A DNA stretch of 64,000 bases from an uncultured Candidatus Saccharibacteria bacterium (GCA_963456285.1 CAUOLC010000002.1:25867-89866); one strand, 5' to 3'. Positions 49,469 through 59,539 are shown, numbered from the stretch's first letter. A program made the numbers and translations. The notes: generated from the sequence alone by a model not told the origin.

Positions 49469-50271
49469 GAATTTATCTTTTGCATGTATCGACATTCGGG
49501 ATAATTCGAGCATCCGTAGAATGGTGAATGATTATTTTTGCTGTGCCTTATCACCAGATGACCGCCACGACAGCGTGGGCATGGTTTAATTTTTTGAGAT
49601 ATGTCTGATACGTCAGGAATTGGTATTACGACACCTTTATCTTCAAGGGCGCGAATGATGGTAAGTAGTCCCGTGTTATCAATAAGCCGTATTTTGTTGC
49701 CATTGGTAGAATATTTTACAAATCTTCGCGCGTCCGATGAGAAGATGTTTGTCGTGACAAAGAATGCCTCGCCGCCGTGTAAATGATCAACAACTGCACC
49801 ATAAAAATCACGCACTTCGGATACTTTGACAATTTGTTTAATATACTTTTTACATTGGACATAACTTTGGACGCCGTTTTTGTATAATACAATGTCGATG
49901 CCACCGTCGCGTTTATACGGGGTGGTTGCAGCCGAATAGCCAAAATGCTCAAATAATTGAGCGATGTATTTTTCGAAATCATACGGCGACATGGAGCGAA
50001 TTTTGGTGAGCAGTTCATGGTCGCTGAGTGGTGTGGCTGGATTAGACCTGTTCTCGGTAATGGGCTGCTTGTTCGTTGATTGTGCCCCTTCCGAGACGGA
50101 CACTTTGGTTGACTGGATATCTACTGCGGGCGATACTTCCTGGCGTAATTCCTCTAGCTCCCGGTAGGCTGTGATATATCGTTTATGATAATAAAACACT
50201 ACAAAAGGACTGGCGATGATCCATGTAATTGAACAAAAGATGACTACAGTGCCCACCGTATAGCTATCCAT
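49465..50271 (-). CDS. Mrr-like restriction endonuclease with N-terminal TM and C-terminal topoisomerase-type C4 zinc ribbon
   Basis: FEKYIAQLF..GY, DGGID, VQCK, VTT..FS; CPRC...FYGCSNYPEC. Confidence 0.85.
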   Translation of the reverse strand: MDSYTVGTVVIFCSITWIIASPFVVFYYHKRYITAYRELEELRQEVSPAVDIQSTKVSVSEGAQSTNKQPITENRSNPATPLSDHELLTKIRSMSPYDFEKYIAQLFEHFGYSAATTPYKRDGGIDIVLYKNGVQSYVQCKKYIKQIVKVSEVRDFYGAVVDHLHGGEAFFVTTNIFSSDARRFVKYSTNGNKIRLIDNTGLLTIIRALEDKGVVIPIPDVSDISQKIKPCPRCRGGHLVIRHSKNNHSPFYGCSNYPECRYMQKINS

Positions 50272-50320
50272 AGGGCGATTATAGCATAAAACTGTTGCCG
50301 CTGTGGTATAATAAACAGAT

Positions 50321-52162
50321 ATGAAACAGAGGACTTTTGCAATTGATACACCAACAAAAGTTGGGGAAATGATTACCGTGGCGGGCTGGGTACATTCACG
50401 TCGTGATCACGGTGGGCTGATTTTTATTGACCTGCGCGACCATACTGGGCTGGTGCAGCTGGTGATTAATCCTGAGCAGGCGGAAGCGTTTCGTTTGGCG
50501 GAGAGTCTGCGCGATGAGTTTGTTGTTCGTGCCAGCGGTGTGGTGACTGAGCGCGGTGAAGGTTTGAAAAATCCAAATATCGCCAGCGGTAATGTAGAAA
50601 TTGTGGTAAAAAACCTGGAAATCTTGAACCGTGCTGAAACCTTGCCAATCCAGCCATTTGCCGAGGAAAATCAGGCGGGCGAGGACTTACGTTTTAAGTA
50701 TCGCTATCTTGACCTGCGCCGCCCGAAGATGCAGGACATGCTGCAAAAACGCGCCGAGATGTATCGCCGGATTCATCAGTACATGGACGAGCGCCAATTC
50801 ATCGAAATTCAAACGCCAATTTTGGCAAACTCTAGCCCCGAGGGCGCACGCGATTTTCTCATCCCCAGTCGTTTGCAGGAAAATAAGTTCTACGCTCTGC
50901 CGCAAGCACCCCAGCAGTTTAAGCAGCTACTGATGGTTGGCGGCGTGCCGCGGTATTACCAGCTGGCGGCGTGTTTTCGCGATGAAGATCCGCGAGCTGA
51001 TCGACTGTACGGGGAGTTTTATCAGCTAGACCTTGAGATGAGCTTCGTTGAGGACGGCGAGGAGGTTCGCCAGGAAGTTGAGCCGTTGATGTGTCAGCTC
51101 GCGACCGATTTCGCGGGCAAGAAGTTGCTGGATTTGAGTGGTCTCGTGGTCGGTGACGGCAGTCCAATTCCGCGCATTGCCTACCGCGACGCCATGGAGA
51201 TGTACGGTTCGGATAAGCCGGACTTACGTTTTGGTATGGAGCTGATTGAGCTGACTGATGTGTTTGCCAACACTAAATATGATAAATTCAAGAACGTTGA
51301 GTGTATCAAGGCGATTTGCGTGAAAAACGGTGTCAATCTTAGCCGTAAGCAAATCAAACAGTTTGAGGATATTGCTACAAGTGAGGGTGCGGGCGGCTTA
51401 CCCTACATTAAATATGTTAAAATAAAACATCCCGACGAGGCACGGGGATATGTAATCCCGATCACTAGTAGTGATTTTTATGGCTATGATGCGATTTCGC
51501 CAGTGGCAAAACACTTGTCAGACGAAGAACATCAATTGCTTATAGAGAAAATGAACCCTGATGGCGATGACGTTGTCTTCTTTGGTACTGACACACGCTC
51601 GGTCGTCAACGCCGTACTTGGTCGTCTGCGAAACGAATTTGCTGCCCACTTCGACCTGAAAAAATCGAATGAGGTAGCCTTGGCTTGGATTATCGATTTT
51701 CCGTTTTATGAATGGGATGACCGCGGCAAGAAGCTTGACTTTGGCCACAACCCATTTGGTATGCCAAAGGGCGGCCTAGAGGTACTGGAATCGGCGACGA
51801 CTGACGCTGACAAACTCGCTATCGTTGCAGATCAGTTCGACATGGTGATGAACGGCTACGAAATTTGCTCCGGCGGCGTGCGCAACCACAACCCAGCGGT
51901 GCTATACAAAGTGTTTGACCTGCTCGGCTTTAGTGAAAGCTACGTCGAAGAAAAGTTTGGCGCTATGCTCAACGCCTTCAAATACGGCGCGCCGCCACAC
52001 GCTGGTTGCGCCTTTGGTGTTGACCGCATCCTCATGGAACTCATTGACGAGACGAACGTCCGTGAAACCTTGGCCTTTCCAAAGAACGGTTCGGGTGTTG
52101 ACGTGATGATGGATTCGCCGTCAATGGTTGACCCAGCACAGCTACGAGAATTAGGGCTATAA
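50321..52162 (+). CDS. aspS: aspartate--tRNA ligase (probably non-discriminating)
   Basis: RRDHGGLIFIDLRD, RYLDLRR, YALPQAPQQFKQ, CFRDED, GAPPHAGCAFGVDR. Confidence 0.96.
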   Translation: MKQRTFAIDTPTKVGEMITVAGWVHSRRDHGGLIFIDLRDHTGLVQLVINPEQAEAFRLAESLRDEFVVRASGVVTERGEGLKNPNIASGNVEIVVKNLEILNRAETLPIQPFAEENQAGEDLRFKYRYLDLRRPKMQDMLQKRAEMYRRIHQYMDERQFIEIQTPILANSSPEGARDFLIPSRLQENKFYALPQAPQQFKQLLMVGGVPRYYQLAACFRDEDPRADRLYGEFYQLDLEMSFVEDGEEVRQEVEPLMCQLATDFAGKKLLDLSGLVVGDGSPIPRIAYRDAMEMYGSDKPDLRFGMELIELTDVFANTKYDKFKNVECIKAICVKNGVNLSRKQIKQFEDIATSEGAGGLPYIKYVKIKHPDEARGYVIPITSSDFYGYDAISPVAKHLSDEEHQLLIEKMNPDGDDVVFFGTDTRSVVNAVLGRLRNEFAAHFDLKKSNEVALAWIIDFPFYEWDDRGKKLDFGHNPFGMPKGGLEVLESATTDADKLAIVADQFDMVMNGYEICSGGVRNHNPAVLYKVFDLLGFSESYVEEKFGAMLNAFKYGAPPHAGCAFGVDRILMELIDETNVRETLAFPKNGSGVDVMMDSPSMVDPAQLRELGL

Positions 52163-52167
52163 GATAC

Positions 52168-52193
52168 ATCACGGCGGAATAAACTGCCGTGAT
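52168..52193. terminator. probable terminator hairpin after aspS
   Basis: ATCACGGCGG-loop-CTGCCGTGAT between convergent genes. Confidence 0.55.
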
Positions 52194-52214
52194 TATTCTA
52201 TAGTGACAGGCGAG

Positions 52215-52391
52215 TTATTTGCGTCGTTTTTTCTGGCTGATAAACTGTGCAATAAGCCCAATGATAACAACCAGAACTGCAACGTAAAGCAACCCATTGA
52301 TCAACCAGGCGGCAAGGCGAAATACCATGCTCAATACCCAAGCGATGATGACCAGGACTGCGATACTGTAGATTAATTTAGGAAAAGACAT
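52215..52391 (-). CDS. small 2-TM membrane protein (58 aa)
   Basis: MSFPKLIYSIAVLVIIAWVLSMVFRLAAWLINGLL...KKRRK; TATAAT 6 nt upstream. Confidence 0.7.
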   Translation of the reverse strand: MSFPKLIYSIAVLVIIAWVLSMVFRLAAWLINGLLYVAVLVVIIGLIAQFISQKKRRK

Positions 52392-52407
52392 ATATCCATT
52401 ATACCAT

Positions 52408-53409
52408 CTACCGCGAGCTAAGCATACCGTCAAACCACCCCTTAGCATGGCAATCGCGAAAGTTCCAGGCCCCGGGGCTTTCGGTTTTGTAACTCCAGTA
52501 GAACCAGGCATCGACATTTGCTGGTACGGCAAGTTGCGATTGGCAGTGAGTGTATTCGGTACTATCACTGGCAATGCCTGGCGGCAGAGCGGCACTCCAC
52601 TCACCGATGATTAGCGGCTGTTGCTGGGAGTAATCGCGGTACTCGCCAGACCGTTGGTCAAGCACCTGACGGTGGTGAGTCAGCGATGTTGCTTGATTGT
52701 CTGTGTCGGAAAAGCACTGGTAATGATGTATATCCAGCGTATTAGGCCCGACGCGCCCCGACCACCAAGCTGGCTGGTAACAATCAGATGCCACGATGCG
52801 CACATGAGATGGCAATTTACTACGCAATTTCCGGCTTGTTTTGCGTGTCCACCACCACAACTGCCATCGTTCGCATCGTGTTATCACCAGCGGCTCATTG
52901 AGAAGTTCGATACCCCACAGCGCTGGATGCTCGCCGTATTCATTGGCGATGTCTAGCAGTATCTGCGTGGTCTTTTGCTTATTGGCGCGTTGATACCATT
53001 GAACATTACCGGTATTGCCACTACCGCTGTGGTCGCTGGCGTTTTGAGCACCAGGCGCGGCGTGGAGGTCGAGAAGAACCTGTAAGTTATAGTGCCGAGC
53101 CATGTCCATCAGCCAATCAAGTTGCGGTTTTGCTGATAGATACGGTGGCTGATCCTTGAGCGCCCAATAACCAATCGGTAGCCGCAGTAGTCGTATACCA
53201 GCTTGCGCTAGCCATTTTATATCAGCTTCCTGGATGAATGTTTGTCGATGCTGCTGGATGCGCGCCTGGCCATCTGTGGTTTTAGATAATTCATATTCGT
53301 TGGTCGCGTCTGTTCCGGCAAATACACTTGGCGTCATCCATCGTTCGAGCACCAACCAACCGCCCAGGTTAACTCCAGGTATGGCGGGCGAGGAAGGATG
53401 ACCACTCAT
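52408..53409 (-). CDS. glycoside hydrolase family 5, exo-beta-1,3-glucanase-like
   Basis: GVNLGGWLVLE.WMTPS, RLPIGYW, DLHAAPG.QN..DHSG, LLNEP, HHYQCF, IGEWS. Confidence 0.85.
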   Translation of the reverse strand: MSGHPSSPAIPGVNLGGWLVLERWMTPSVFAGTDATNEYELSKTTDGQARIQQHRQTFIQEADIKWLAQAGIRLLRLPIGYWALKDQPPYLSAKPQLDWLMDMARHYNLQVLLDLHAAPGAQNASDHSGSGNTGNVQWYQRANKQKTTQILLDIANEYGEHPALWGIELLNEPLVITRCERWQLWWWTRKTSRKLRSKLPSHVRIVASDCYQPAWWSGRVGPNTLDIHHYQCFSDTDNQATSLTHHRQVLDQRSGEYRDYSQQQPLIIGEWSAALPPGIASDSTEYTHCQSQLAVPANVDAWFYWSYKTESPGAWNFRDCHAKGWFDGMLSSR

Positions 53410-53432
53410 ATCTCTACTGTAGCACGAATACA

Positions 53433-53879
53433 TTGTCGAATCATAGCGAAACGGATATACTGGAGGTAATGTATGATCGACACGAAGTTAGCGTAAAAGT
53501 GGCGCTGTATAGCAGTGACGGCAAACGTACCTTGTTGATGCGGCATTGGGGTGATGCGGGGTTTGGTCTGCCGGGCGGGCATATCGACGCTGGCGAAATG
53601 CCAGATGAAGCGCTGGAGCGGGAGTTGCGCGAGGAACTAGGTATCACCATTGATGCGACGCCGGCTGACTTTTATGTGCGCGACCCATATGATACCACTG
53701 CTAAAAACCATAAAATCATCCTTGGCTATACAGCCACAATTGACGGTGATATTGAGCTGCCGGACCAGGCCTGTGATGGTAGCGAAGCAGGTCCCGTCTG
53801 GCTGACGCGGGTAGAAGTTGAGACTGCCGACAAACTCGCGCCAGGTTATCGGGATTTTTTGCTGAAATGGTGGCCGTAA
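53433..53879 (+). CDS. NUDIX hydrolase (start may be 53469)
   Basis: LPGGHIDAGEMPDEALERELREELG. Confidence 0.85.
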   Translation: MSNHSETDILEVMYDRHEVSVKVALYSSDGKRTLLMRHWGDAGFGLPGGHIDAGEMPDEALERELREELGITIDATPADFYVRDPYDTTAKNHKIILGYTATIDGDIELPDQACDGSEAGPVWLTRVEVETADKLAPGYRDFLLKWWP

Positions 53880-53913
53880 ATTAATGTAACACAGCAGGAG
53901 ATGATAAAAGGCT

Positions 53914-54492
53914 ATGCAATCAATGTTGAATATAGAATACGAAGCAAAAATATATGATATTGATCCAGCCGATATCGCTGGGAAATTGGTAAAACTTGGC
54001 GCCAAAGAGATTGGTAGTTATAATTTCCGCCGTTACGTATTTGATACAATTCCGGCGACACCAAATCGCTGGGTACGATTGCGCTCCGATGGGCAACACG
54101 CTACTCTGACTGTCAAAGAAATAACCACTGACGCTATTGATGGGACTCACGAGTGGGAGGTTGAAGTCTCCGACCTAGAAACGACCCTGGAGATATTAGC
54201 AAAGATTGGCATTAAACCATGCGGCTATCAAGAAAATAAACGCCAAGAATATGACTTGGATGGCGTCCAGGTCGTCATTGACCACTGGCCGAAGCTAAAA
54301 CCATACATTGAAATAGAGGGTAATAGCGTAGAGGAAGTGATAAACACTGCGAAACTTTTGGGCTATACCAAAAATGATTTGACGACGAAAAATACCACTG
54401 AATTATATCAGGATATTGGTATAGATATTGAGAAAATGCTAGAGTTAACATTCAATTCAACTGTCGAGGACAGAATGCTCACAGGATTATAA
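53914..54492 (+). CDS. CYTH-domain (triphosphate tunnel) protein
   Basis: IEYEAK ExExK motif, WVRLR, TLTVK, EWEVEV, YIEIEG. Confidence 0.85.
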   Translation: MQSMLNIEYEAKIYDIDPADIAGKLVKLGAKEIGSYNFRRYVFDTIPATPNRWVRLRSDGQHATLTVKEITTDAIDGTHEWEVEVSDLETTLEILAKIGIKPCGYQENKRQEYDLDGVQVVIDHWPKLKPYIEIEGNSVEEVINTAKLLGYTKNDLTTKNTTELYQDIGIDIEKMLELTFNSTVEDRMLTGL

Positions 54493-55020
54493 CTGAACAC
54501 CCAGCCACGCTGCCAACACATCGCCGGCAAAGTAGGCCAGTCCAGCGGCGACTGCGCCGAGGAGCAGGGTGATGGCGGCTTCTCGCCATGGCGATTGATT
54601 ACCAACTTTGCCTTTGATGAAGCCAATCGTCAGGAAGGCGGCCGCTGTTAGCACGGAGCTGATATAAAACAAGGTAGTGCTTGGCACTTTTGAGCCTGCA
54701 ATGACGTCAATCAAGTACGGCAATACTGGCACGCTACCCACGGCGACAAAGGCCAAAAATGTAACTGCGCCGATGATTTTTGGTGAAGCTCGTTTTTGGG
54801 TATCGCGGGCCGAATCTTCATGCTCAGCGCTGGCTGCCAGGTAGGCACTGGCACCCATCGAGAAGCCATCGGCGATGAGGTTTGCAATGCCTAAAATGAG
54901 GATAACCGCGCTGGAGATGCCGGCTCCGGCCGAAGCTGCCACGACGGCAAAGGTTGTCACGGTACCGTCAACTGCCCCGTACACAAATTCTGAAATGTAT
55001 CGTCTAAAAAATATGTTCAT
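54487..55020 (-). CDS. VIT1/CCC1 family Fe/Mn transporter
   Basis: VYGAVDGTVTTFAVVA, ANLIADGFSMG. Confidence 0.88.
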   Translation of the reverse strand: MNIFFRRYISEFVYGAVDGTVTTFAVVAASAGAGISSAVILILGIANLIADGFSMGASAYLAASAEHEDSARDTQKRASPKIIGAVTFLAFVAVGSVPVLPYLIDVIAGSKVPSTTLFYISSVLTAAAFLTIGFIKGKVGNQSPWREAAITLLLGAVAAGLAYFAGDVLAAWLGVQL

Positions 55021-55078
55021 AACCGTGCCATTATAGCACAATTAGGCGTTGTCAGGCCTATTCGCGTATACTAAAGCA

Positions 55079-55837
55079 ATGACGACTGATGATTTCCAGG
55101 CGCTGATCCATCAAAAAGGCCGTGAGCTCTACCGGTCGATGCCGTGGCGTGATCAGCCGACCTTGTACTATGTGCTGGTGAGTGAGCTGATGTTGCAACA
55201 AACACAGGTTGCTCGCGTCTTGACGAAGTTTAGAGAGTTTACCGCTGAGTTTCCGGATGTTCAATCACTGGCAGCTGCTGAGCTGACAGAAGTACTGCGT
55301 GCGTGGCAGGGGCTGGGCTATAATCGCCGCGCTCGATATCTCCACCAAACAGCACACGCCATTGCCACTGGCGCCCCAGTGACTACGCTAGATGACCTCG
55401 TTGCATTGCCGGGTATTGGCGTCAATACCGCTGGTGCCATCATGAATTATGCCTATCAAGTGCCAACACCGTTCATTGAGACAAATATTCGTACCGTCTA
55501 TCTCAATCATTTCTTTGCGGGTCAGACAGCGGTAGCAGATCGCGACATACTGACTGTTGTTGAGCAGACGATGGACCGGGCAAATCCGCGCCAGTGGTTT
55601 TGGGCGCTGATGGATTATGGCAATGAATTGAAAGCTCAGGGCAAGGGTAAATTGTCCGCTAGTCGCCACTACACCAAACAATCACAATTCACCGGCAGTC
55701 TCCGCCAGATGCGTGGTGAGATTTTGCGTCGGTATGTTGGCGGGCAGCCACTCGCTGAAATCACTGCTGAATTACAGGATGACCCGCGATTTGCGGCGGC
55801 ACTGGATGGCTTGCGGCGAGATGGCCTCATCACCTAA
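55079..55837 (+). CDS. mutY: A/G-specific adenine glycosylase, short form without the Fe-S cysteine cluster
   Basis: [37 protein letters not shown] HhH. Confidence 0.85.
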   Translation: MTTDDFQALIHQKGRELYRSMPWRDQPTLYYVLVSELMLQQTQVARVLTKFREFTAEFPDVQSLAAAELTEVLRAWQGLGYNRRARYLHQTAHAIATGAPVTTLDDLVALPGIGVNTAGAIMNYAYQVPTPFIETNIRTVYLNHFFAGQTAVADRDILTVVEQTMDRANPRQWFWALMDYGNELKAQGKGKLSASRHYTKQSQFTGSLRQMRGEILRRYVGGQPLAEITAELQDDPRFAAALDGLRRDGLIT

Positions 55838-55924
55838 CGATATGGTATTGACATTTTAAACCGTCTATGCTATCATAGTAACCAGTCGATATGACGAATA
55901 TAAACAACAAATCAAAGGAAAGGT

Positions 55925-56146
55925 ATGGAAGATATGCAAACAGTTATTATACTGATGACTGCGGTGATTGTGGTCCATTCAGTGGCGATCATCATCTTAT
56001 TCAGTATAATAATCTCGCTCTTGGTAAAACTCAAACGTATTGCCAGCCAAGCTGAAACAGCAGCGCACAATATTGCACAAGCTACAGAATGGCTGTCACC
56101 AAGAAAAGTCTTTACTGAAGCTTCTCGGCTTTTTCGTCGGAAATAG
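55925..56146 (+). CDS. small membrane protein
   Basis: 73 aa, one TM plus helix; AAGGAAGG SD; TTGACA(55848)/TATCAT promoter upstream. Confidence 0.65.
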   Translation: MEDMQTVIILMTAVIVVHSVAIIILFSIIISLLVKLKRIASQAETAAHNIAQATEWLSPRKVFTEASRLFRRK

Positions 56147-56194
56147 CAAGGATTCATCAGTAAAATCTAACAATAAACAAACAAAGGAGAAACT

Positions 56195-56464
56195 ATGAAA
56201 AAAGTATTAACTGTCTTAGGTGCTGCGGTAGCTGGTTTTGCGGCTGGTGTATTGACTGCACCAAAAAGTGGTAAGGAAACTCGCAAAGACTTAAAGAAAA
56301 AAGCTAACGAGTTGAAAAAAGATGCTGACAAGTGTGCAGCAAAGGCAAAGACGGTGGCAAAAGACACGGCTGCTTCTCTGAAGTCTGGGGCACAAAAAGT
56401 AGGTAAAGCTACCACTGAAGCGGCTCACGACGTCAAGGGAGACGTTGAAAAAAGCCTGAAATAA
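56195..56464 (+). CDS. YtxH-domain protein
   Basis: GAAVAG..AGVLTAPKSGKETRKDL signature; AAGGAG SD. Confidence 0.88.
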   Translation: MKKVLTVLGAAVAGFAAGVLTAPKSGKETRKDLKKKANELKKDADKCAAKAKTVAKDTAASLKSGAQKVGKATTEAAHDVKGDVEKSLK

Positions 56465-56465
56465 T

Positions 56466-57029
56466 TTGACAACAATCCAAAAACGCGGGACAATGGAACA
56501 GATGAAACAAGCTGTTACAAGTCTCGCGTTTTTGATGATTGTTTTTGGTGTGATTGTCGGGTCCTCGGTTGTTGTGAAAGCGCTTGATGGTCAAGCCGAA
56601 TCTGCAAATGGGATCGATGCCATCAAAGCCAATTGCCAGGATATTCGTGGAAATCTCAGTCGACTGCATTATAGTGACGCAATTTTACGAGTAAACACCG
56701 GTCAAGCGTACAATGATATTTCTTCGCGCCTGATGGCACGCATGAACGGTCGCTTAGCAGTGAACAAGATTGATGCTGCAGACCTCGTTTCTTTGACGAG
56801 TCGGTTCGAAAGGGGTCGGTCATTGTTCTCCTCTCGGTATAATGAATATGAATCTGCCTTGGCAGCGCTTCTGAAGATTGATTGCAAAAATCAGCCAACT
56901 GATTTTTATGCTCAGTTCAACATTGCTCGTGATGCACGGCTCAAATTGTCATCATCAGTTCGCGAGCTCAACGACATTATTGCTGAGTATGGCACTAAAG
57001 TCGAAAAGATAAAGGAAAAACTCAAGTGA
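56466..57029 (+). CDS. hypothetical membrane-anchored helical protein (start may be 56493)
   Basis: N-terminal TM, two Cys, coiled-coil. Confidence 0.7.
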   Translation: MTTIQKRGTMEQMKQAVTSLAFLMIVFGVIVGSSVVVKALDGQAESANGIDAIKANCQDIRGNLSRLHYSDAILRVNTGQAYNDISSRLMARMNGRLAVNKIDAADLVSLTSRFERGRSLFSSRYNEYESALAALLKIDCKNQPTDFYAQFNIARDARLKLSSSVRELNDIIAEYGTKVEKIKEKLK

Positions 57030-57373
57030 TACGCCAGCAAATAATGGAGCATAAATTGCCGGCATTTATCGCAGGTTCGGTGTTGCTAGCTATGCTCTTG
57101 GTTACTTTGTCGATGTTCATCTACTATGCGTCAGGAGCTTCGCGGTTGGATTTGAGCCGCCCAGAGTACAAGTCGATGCGCTCAAAGATCGATCAGGGCA
57201 AGGCGCTAGACGAGGGATTTTCGGCGCAGGGTGAAATCACCAAATCAACCATAGACGAATTTATGAAGCTGTACAAAGCAGAGGCTGAAAAAACTACAAG
57301 CTCGCAGAATTTTTCAGTTGATGCGCTAAGTGACGCTAGTCTAGGAATTACCCAAAGTCAGTCAAATCAATAA
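57026..57373 (+). CDS. hypothetical membrane-anchored protein
   Basis: GTGA overlap; single TM then LDLSRP. Confidence 0.7.
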   Translation: MIRQQIMEHKLPAFIAGSVLLAMLLVTLSMFIYYASGASRLDLSRPEYKSMRSKIDQGKALDEGFSAQGEITKSTIDEFMKLYKAEAEKTTSSQNFSVDALSDASLGITQSQSNQ

Positions 57374-58279
57374 CTATTTTTTCAACGGTCCATTGGTGGT
57401 GAGCGGTAGCGTGGCTAGTTTGATGTCGTTATTTTCGAACTCACGCAGCAGTCGTCGCCGCATTTCTGAAGTGACGCTCCATTGGTCTGAGGGCTGAGTT
57501 TTACCGGCAATGATCACTTCCACTGAATGTCCGGTGATATCGCCCAGGGAAGTAAACTTTGGTGGGTCGATGATTTTTCGTTTCCAGGATTTTTCCAAGG
57601 ATAATTTATAGCCGATGTCATTGATAATTTCGGTGGCGGCTGAGATGTCAACTGACGGATCGAGCTGTAGGATAAACCGAGAGATACTGTAGCCCATGGT
57701 TTTGTTGATGACCTGCTGGATGGTACCGTTTGGAATATAGTGAACGTTACCGTCGGTGTCACGCACGACTGTCGAGCGGGTACCAACGCGCTCTACTTTG
57801 CCGACTGCACCCATGATATCGACAACATCACCAACGCGGTATTGGTTCTCAGCGATGATGAAGATACCAGCCAGGAAGTCCTTGACTAGTGATTGCGCAC
57901 CAAAACCCAACGCCACACCGATGATCCCGGCACTGGCAAACAGCGGGGACAGATCGACCAAAAAGAGTTTATTTGCAACCACTGCCAATGCATAGGCAAT
58001 CATTAAGATTCGCCAGAAGCTGCGGAGCAATTGAATCAAGGTCTCCTGACGTTTCTCGATATCTTTTTTGTGCCAATCTCGATGTTTGGCTGTCGACCTG
58101 ACCACGCTTTTGATGCCCCATTTTAGCAGCACGCGGCCAATATAGTAAGCGATGATGGCGCCGATAACTGTACTCCATGCCTCGATGAAACGCTGCTCCA
58201 TCAGCCAACCCAGACCATTTTGCTTCAGCCACTCATCGAAATTGGAGGAATCTAAAATATACTTAGTAAGCGTATCCAT
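57374..58279 (-). CDS. mscS: small-conductance mechanosensitive channel
   Basis: SAGIIGVALGFGAQSLVKDFLAG, YRVGD, HYIPNG; likely start MDTLTK at 58279. Confidence 0.88.
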   Translation of the reverse strand: MDTLTKYILDSSNFDEWLKQNGLGWLMEQRFIEAWSTVIGAIIAYYIGRVLLKWGIKSVVRSTAKHRDWHKKDIEKRQETLIQLLRSFWRILMIAYALAVVANKLFLVDLSPLFASAGIIGVALGFGAQSLVKDFLAGIFIIAENQYRVGDVVDIMGAVGKVERVGTRSTVVRDTDGNVHYIPNGTIQQVINKTMGYSISRFILQLDPSVDISAATEIINDIGYKLSLEKSWKRKIIDPPKFTSLGDITGHSVEVIIAGKTQPSDQWSVTSEMRRRLLREFENNDIKLATLPLTTNGPLKK

Positions 58280-58303
58280 AATAGATTTAGTATAATGAAT
58301 AAT

Positions 58304-58978
58304 ATGAGTTTTGTCGATCCGAATCAGTTCATCATCACCCGTAAACGCAAGAAATATAAATTTGCGCTGTTCGCCAATTCGCCACTGTGTTTTGAGTATG
58401 ACGAATGGCTGGCAGTGAAGGATCAGCCAGATAAGCAGCCAACGGTCGTGGAGATAGGTGCGGGCAACGGTCTGTTTGCGGTCGAGCAGGCAGCGCGTCA
58501 TCCAGAACAAACCGTTGTGGCGCTTGATGTCAAAGGTGATCGCCTGCAAAAGGGTGCCCGAGAGGCTGAAGCGCGCGGTCTTGCCAATATCTTTTTTGTA
58601 CGAGCGCGGGCTGATCAAATTGATCAATTGGTTGCTCCGGCGTCGCTAGAAACTATTTGGCTAACTTTTTCTGACCCATTTCCTCGAAAACATTCGGCCG
58701 GTCGGCGACTAACCCATCCGCACTTTCTGGCAGTGTACCGCAACCTATTATCGTCAGAGGGTGTGTTGCTCATCAAACACGACAACACTGATTTTTTTTG
58801 TTGGAGCTTGGAACAGCTGGTTAGCCAAGGGTGGTCTTTGCAGGAGTTGACATTTGATTTGCATGAGTCTGAGCTGACTGATGACTATAAGATCCTCACA
58901 TCCTATGAGCAGCGCTGGCTGGATGAAGGGAGAATTACAAAGTTTGTTAATGTTAAAGCAAATGGGAGAAGGAACTAA
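58304..58978 (+). CDS. trmB: tRNA (guanine-N7)-methyltransferase
   Basis: VEIGAGNG, FSDPFP.K....RRLT, KHDN, TSYE. Confidence 0.88.
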   Translation: MSFVDPNQFIITRKRKKYKFALFANSPLCFEYDEWLAVKDQPDKQPTVVEIGAGNGLFAVEQAARHPEQTVVALDVKGDRLQKGAREAEARGLANIFFVRARADQIDQLVAPASLETIWLTFSDPFPRKHSAGRRLTHPHFLAVYRNLLSSEGVLLIKHDNTDFFCWSLEQLVSQGWSLQELTFDLHESELTDDYKILTSYEQRWLDEGRITKFVNVKANGRRN

Positions 58979-58979
58979 T

Positions 58980-59525
58980 ATGCCACACATTCACACCGCA
59001 CCCAACCAGCACGACCACACCGTTACCGGATATGTCATTCGCACCGACGGCGATCAACCGCGGGCGTTGCTGCATGTGCATAAAAAACTAGGAAAATTAC
59101 TGCCGCCGGGTGGACACATAGAACTGGACGAAACGCCATGGGCAGCGATGTTGCATGAACTGCGCGAGGAAGCTGGCTATGACGCTGGGCAATTGTTTGT
59201 TTTGCAACCAGCCTTGCGCATGCATCAAGCGGCAATGCCAGAAGTAACGCTTCACCCGCAGCCGCTGCTCATGAACACCCACGACATCACACCTGAGCAT
59301 TACCATTCAGACACCTGCTATGCGCTGGTGGTTCAGGAAGATCCACGCCATGAGTTAGCCGTGGGCGAATCGACGGATGTGCGGTGGCTGACACGAGACG
59401 ACATAGCGGCGCTACCGTCTGAACAAATCTGGGATAATACACGAGCGAGCTATATGTCATTGTTTGACAAGTTTTTAGACGAATGGGAATTAGTACCTGC
59501 GAGCGAGTTTTCAGCAGGTAAATAA
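58980..59525 (+). CDS. NUDIX hydrolase
   Basis: HKKLGKLLPPGGHIELDETPWAAMLHELREEAG. Confidence 0.87.
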   Translation: MPHIHTAPNQHDHTVTGYVIRTDGDQPRALLHVHKKLGKLLPPGGHIELDETPWAAMLHELREEAGYDAGQLFVLQPALRMHQAAMPEVTLHPQPLLMNTHDITPEHYHSDTCYALVVQEDPRHELAVGESTDVRWLTRDDIAALPSEQIWDNTRASYMSLFDKFLDEWELVPASEFSAGK

Positions 59526-59539
59526 TAAAGGGGAGAATA

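Noticed and set aside
49465..50271. Mrr-like gene as a novel defence system
   Set aside because: TM + Mrr_cat + zinc-ribbon architecture is a common stand-alone family; recorded as a feature only
57374..58627. 417-aa extended MscS overlapping trmB
   Set aside because: The N-terminal extension is antisense to trmB; the MscS-like sequence starts at MDTLTK (58279)
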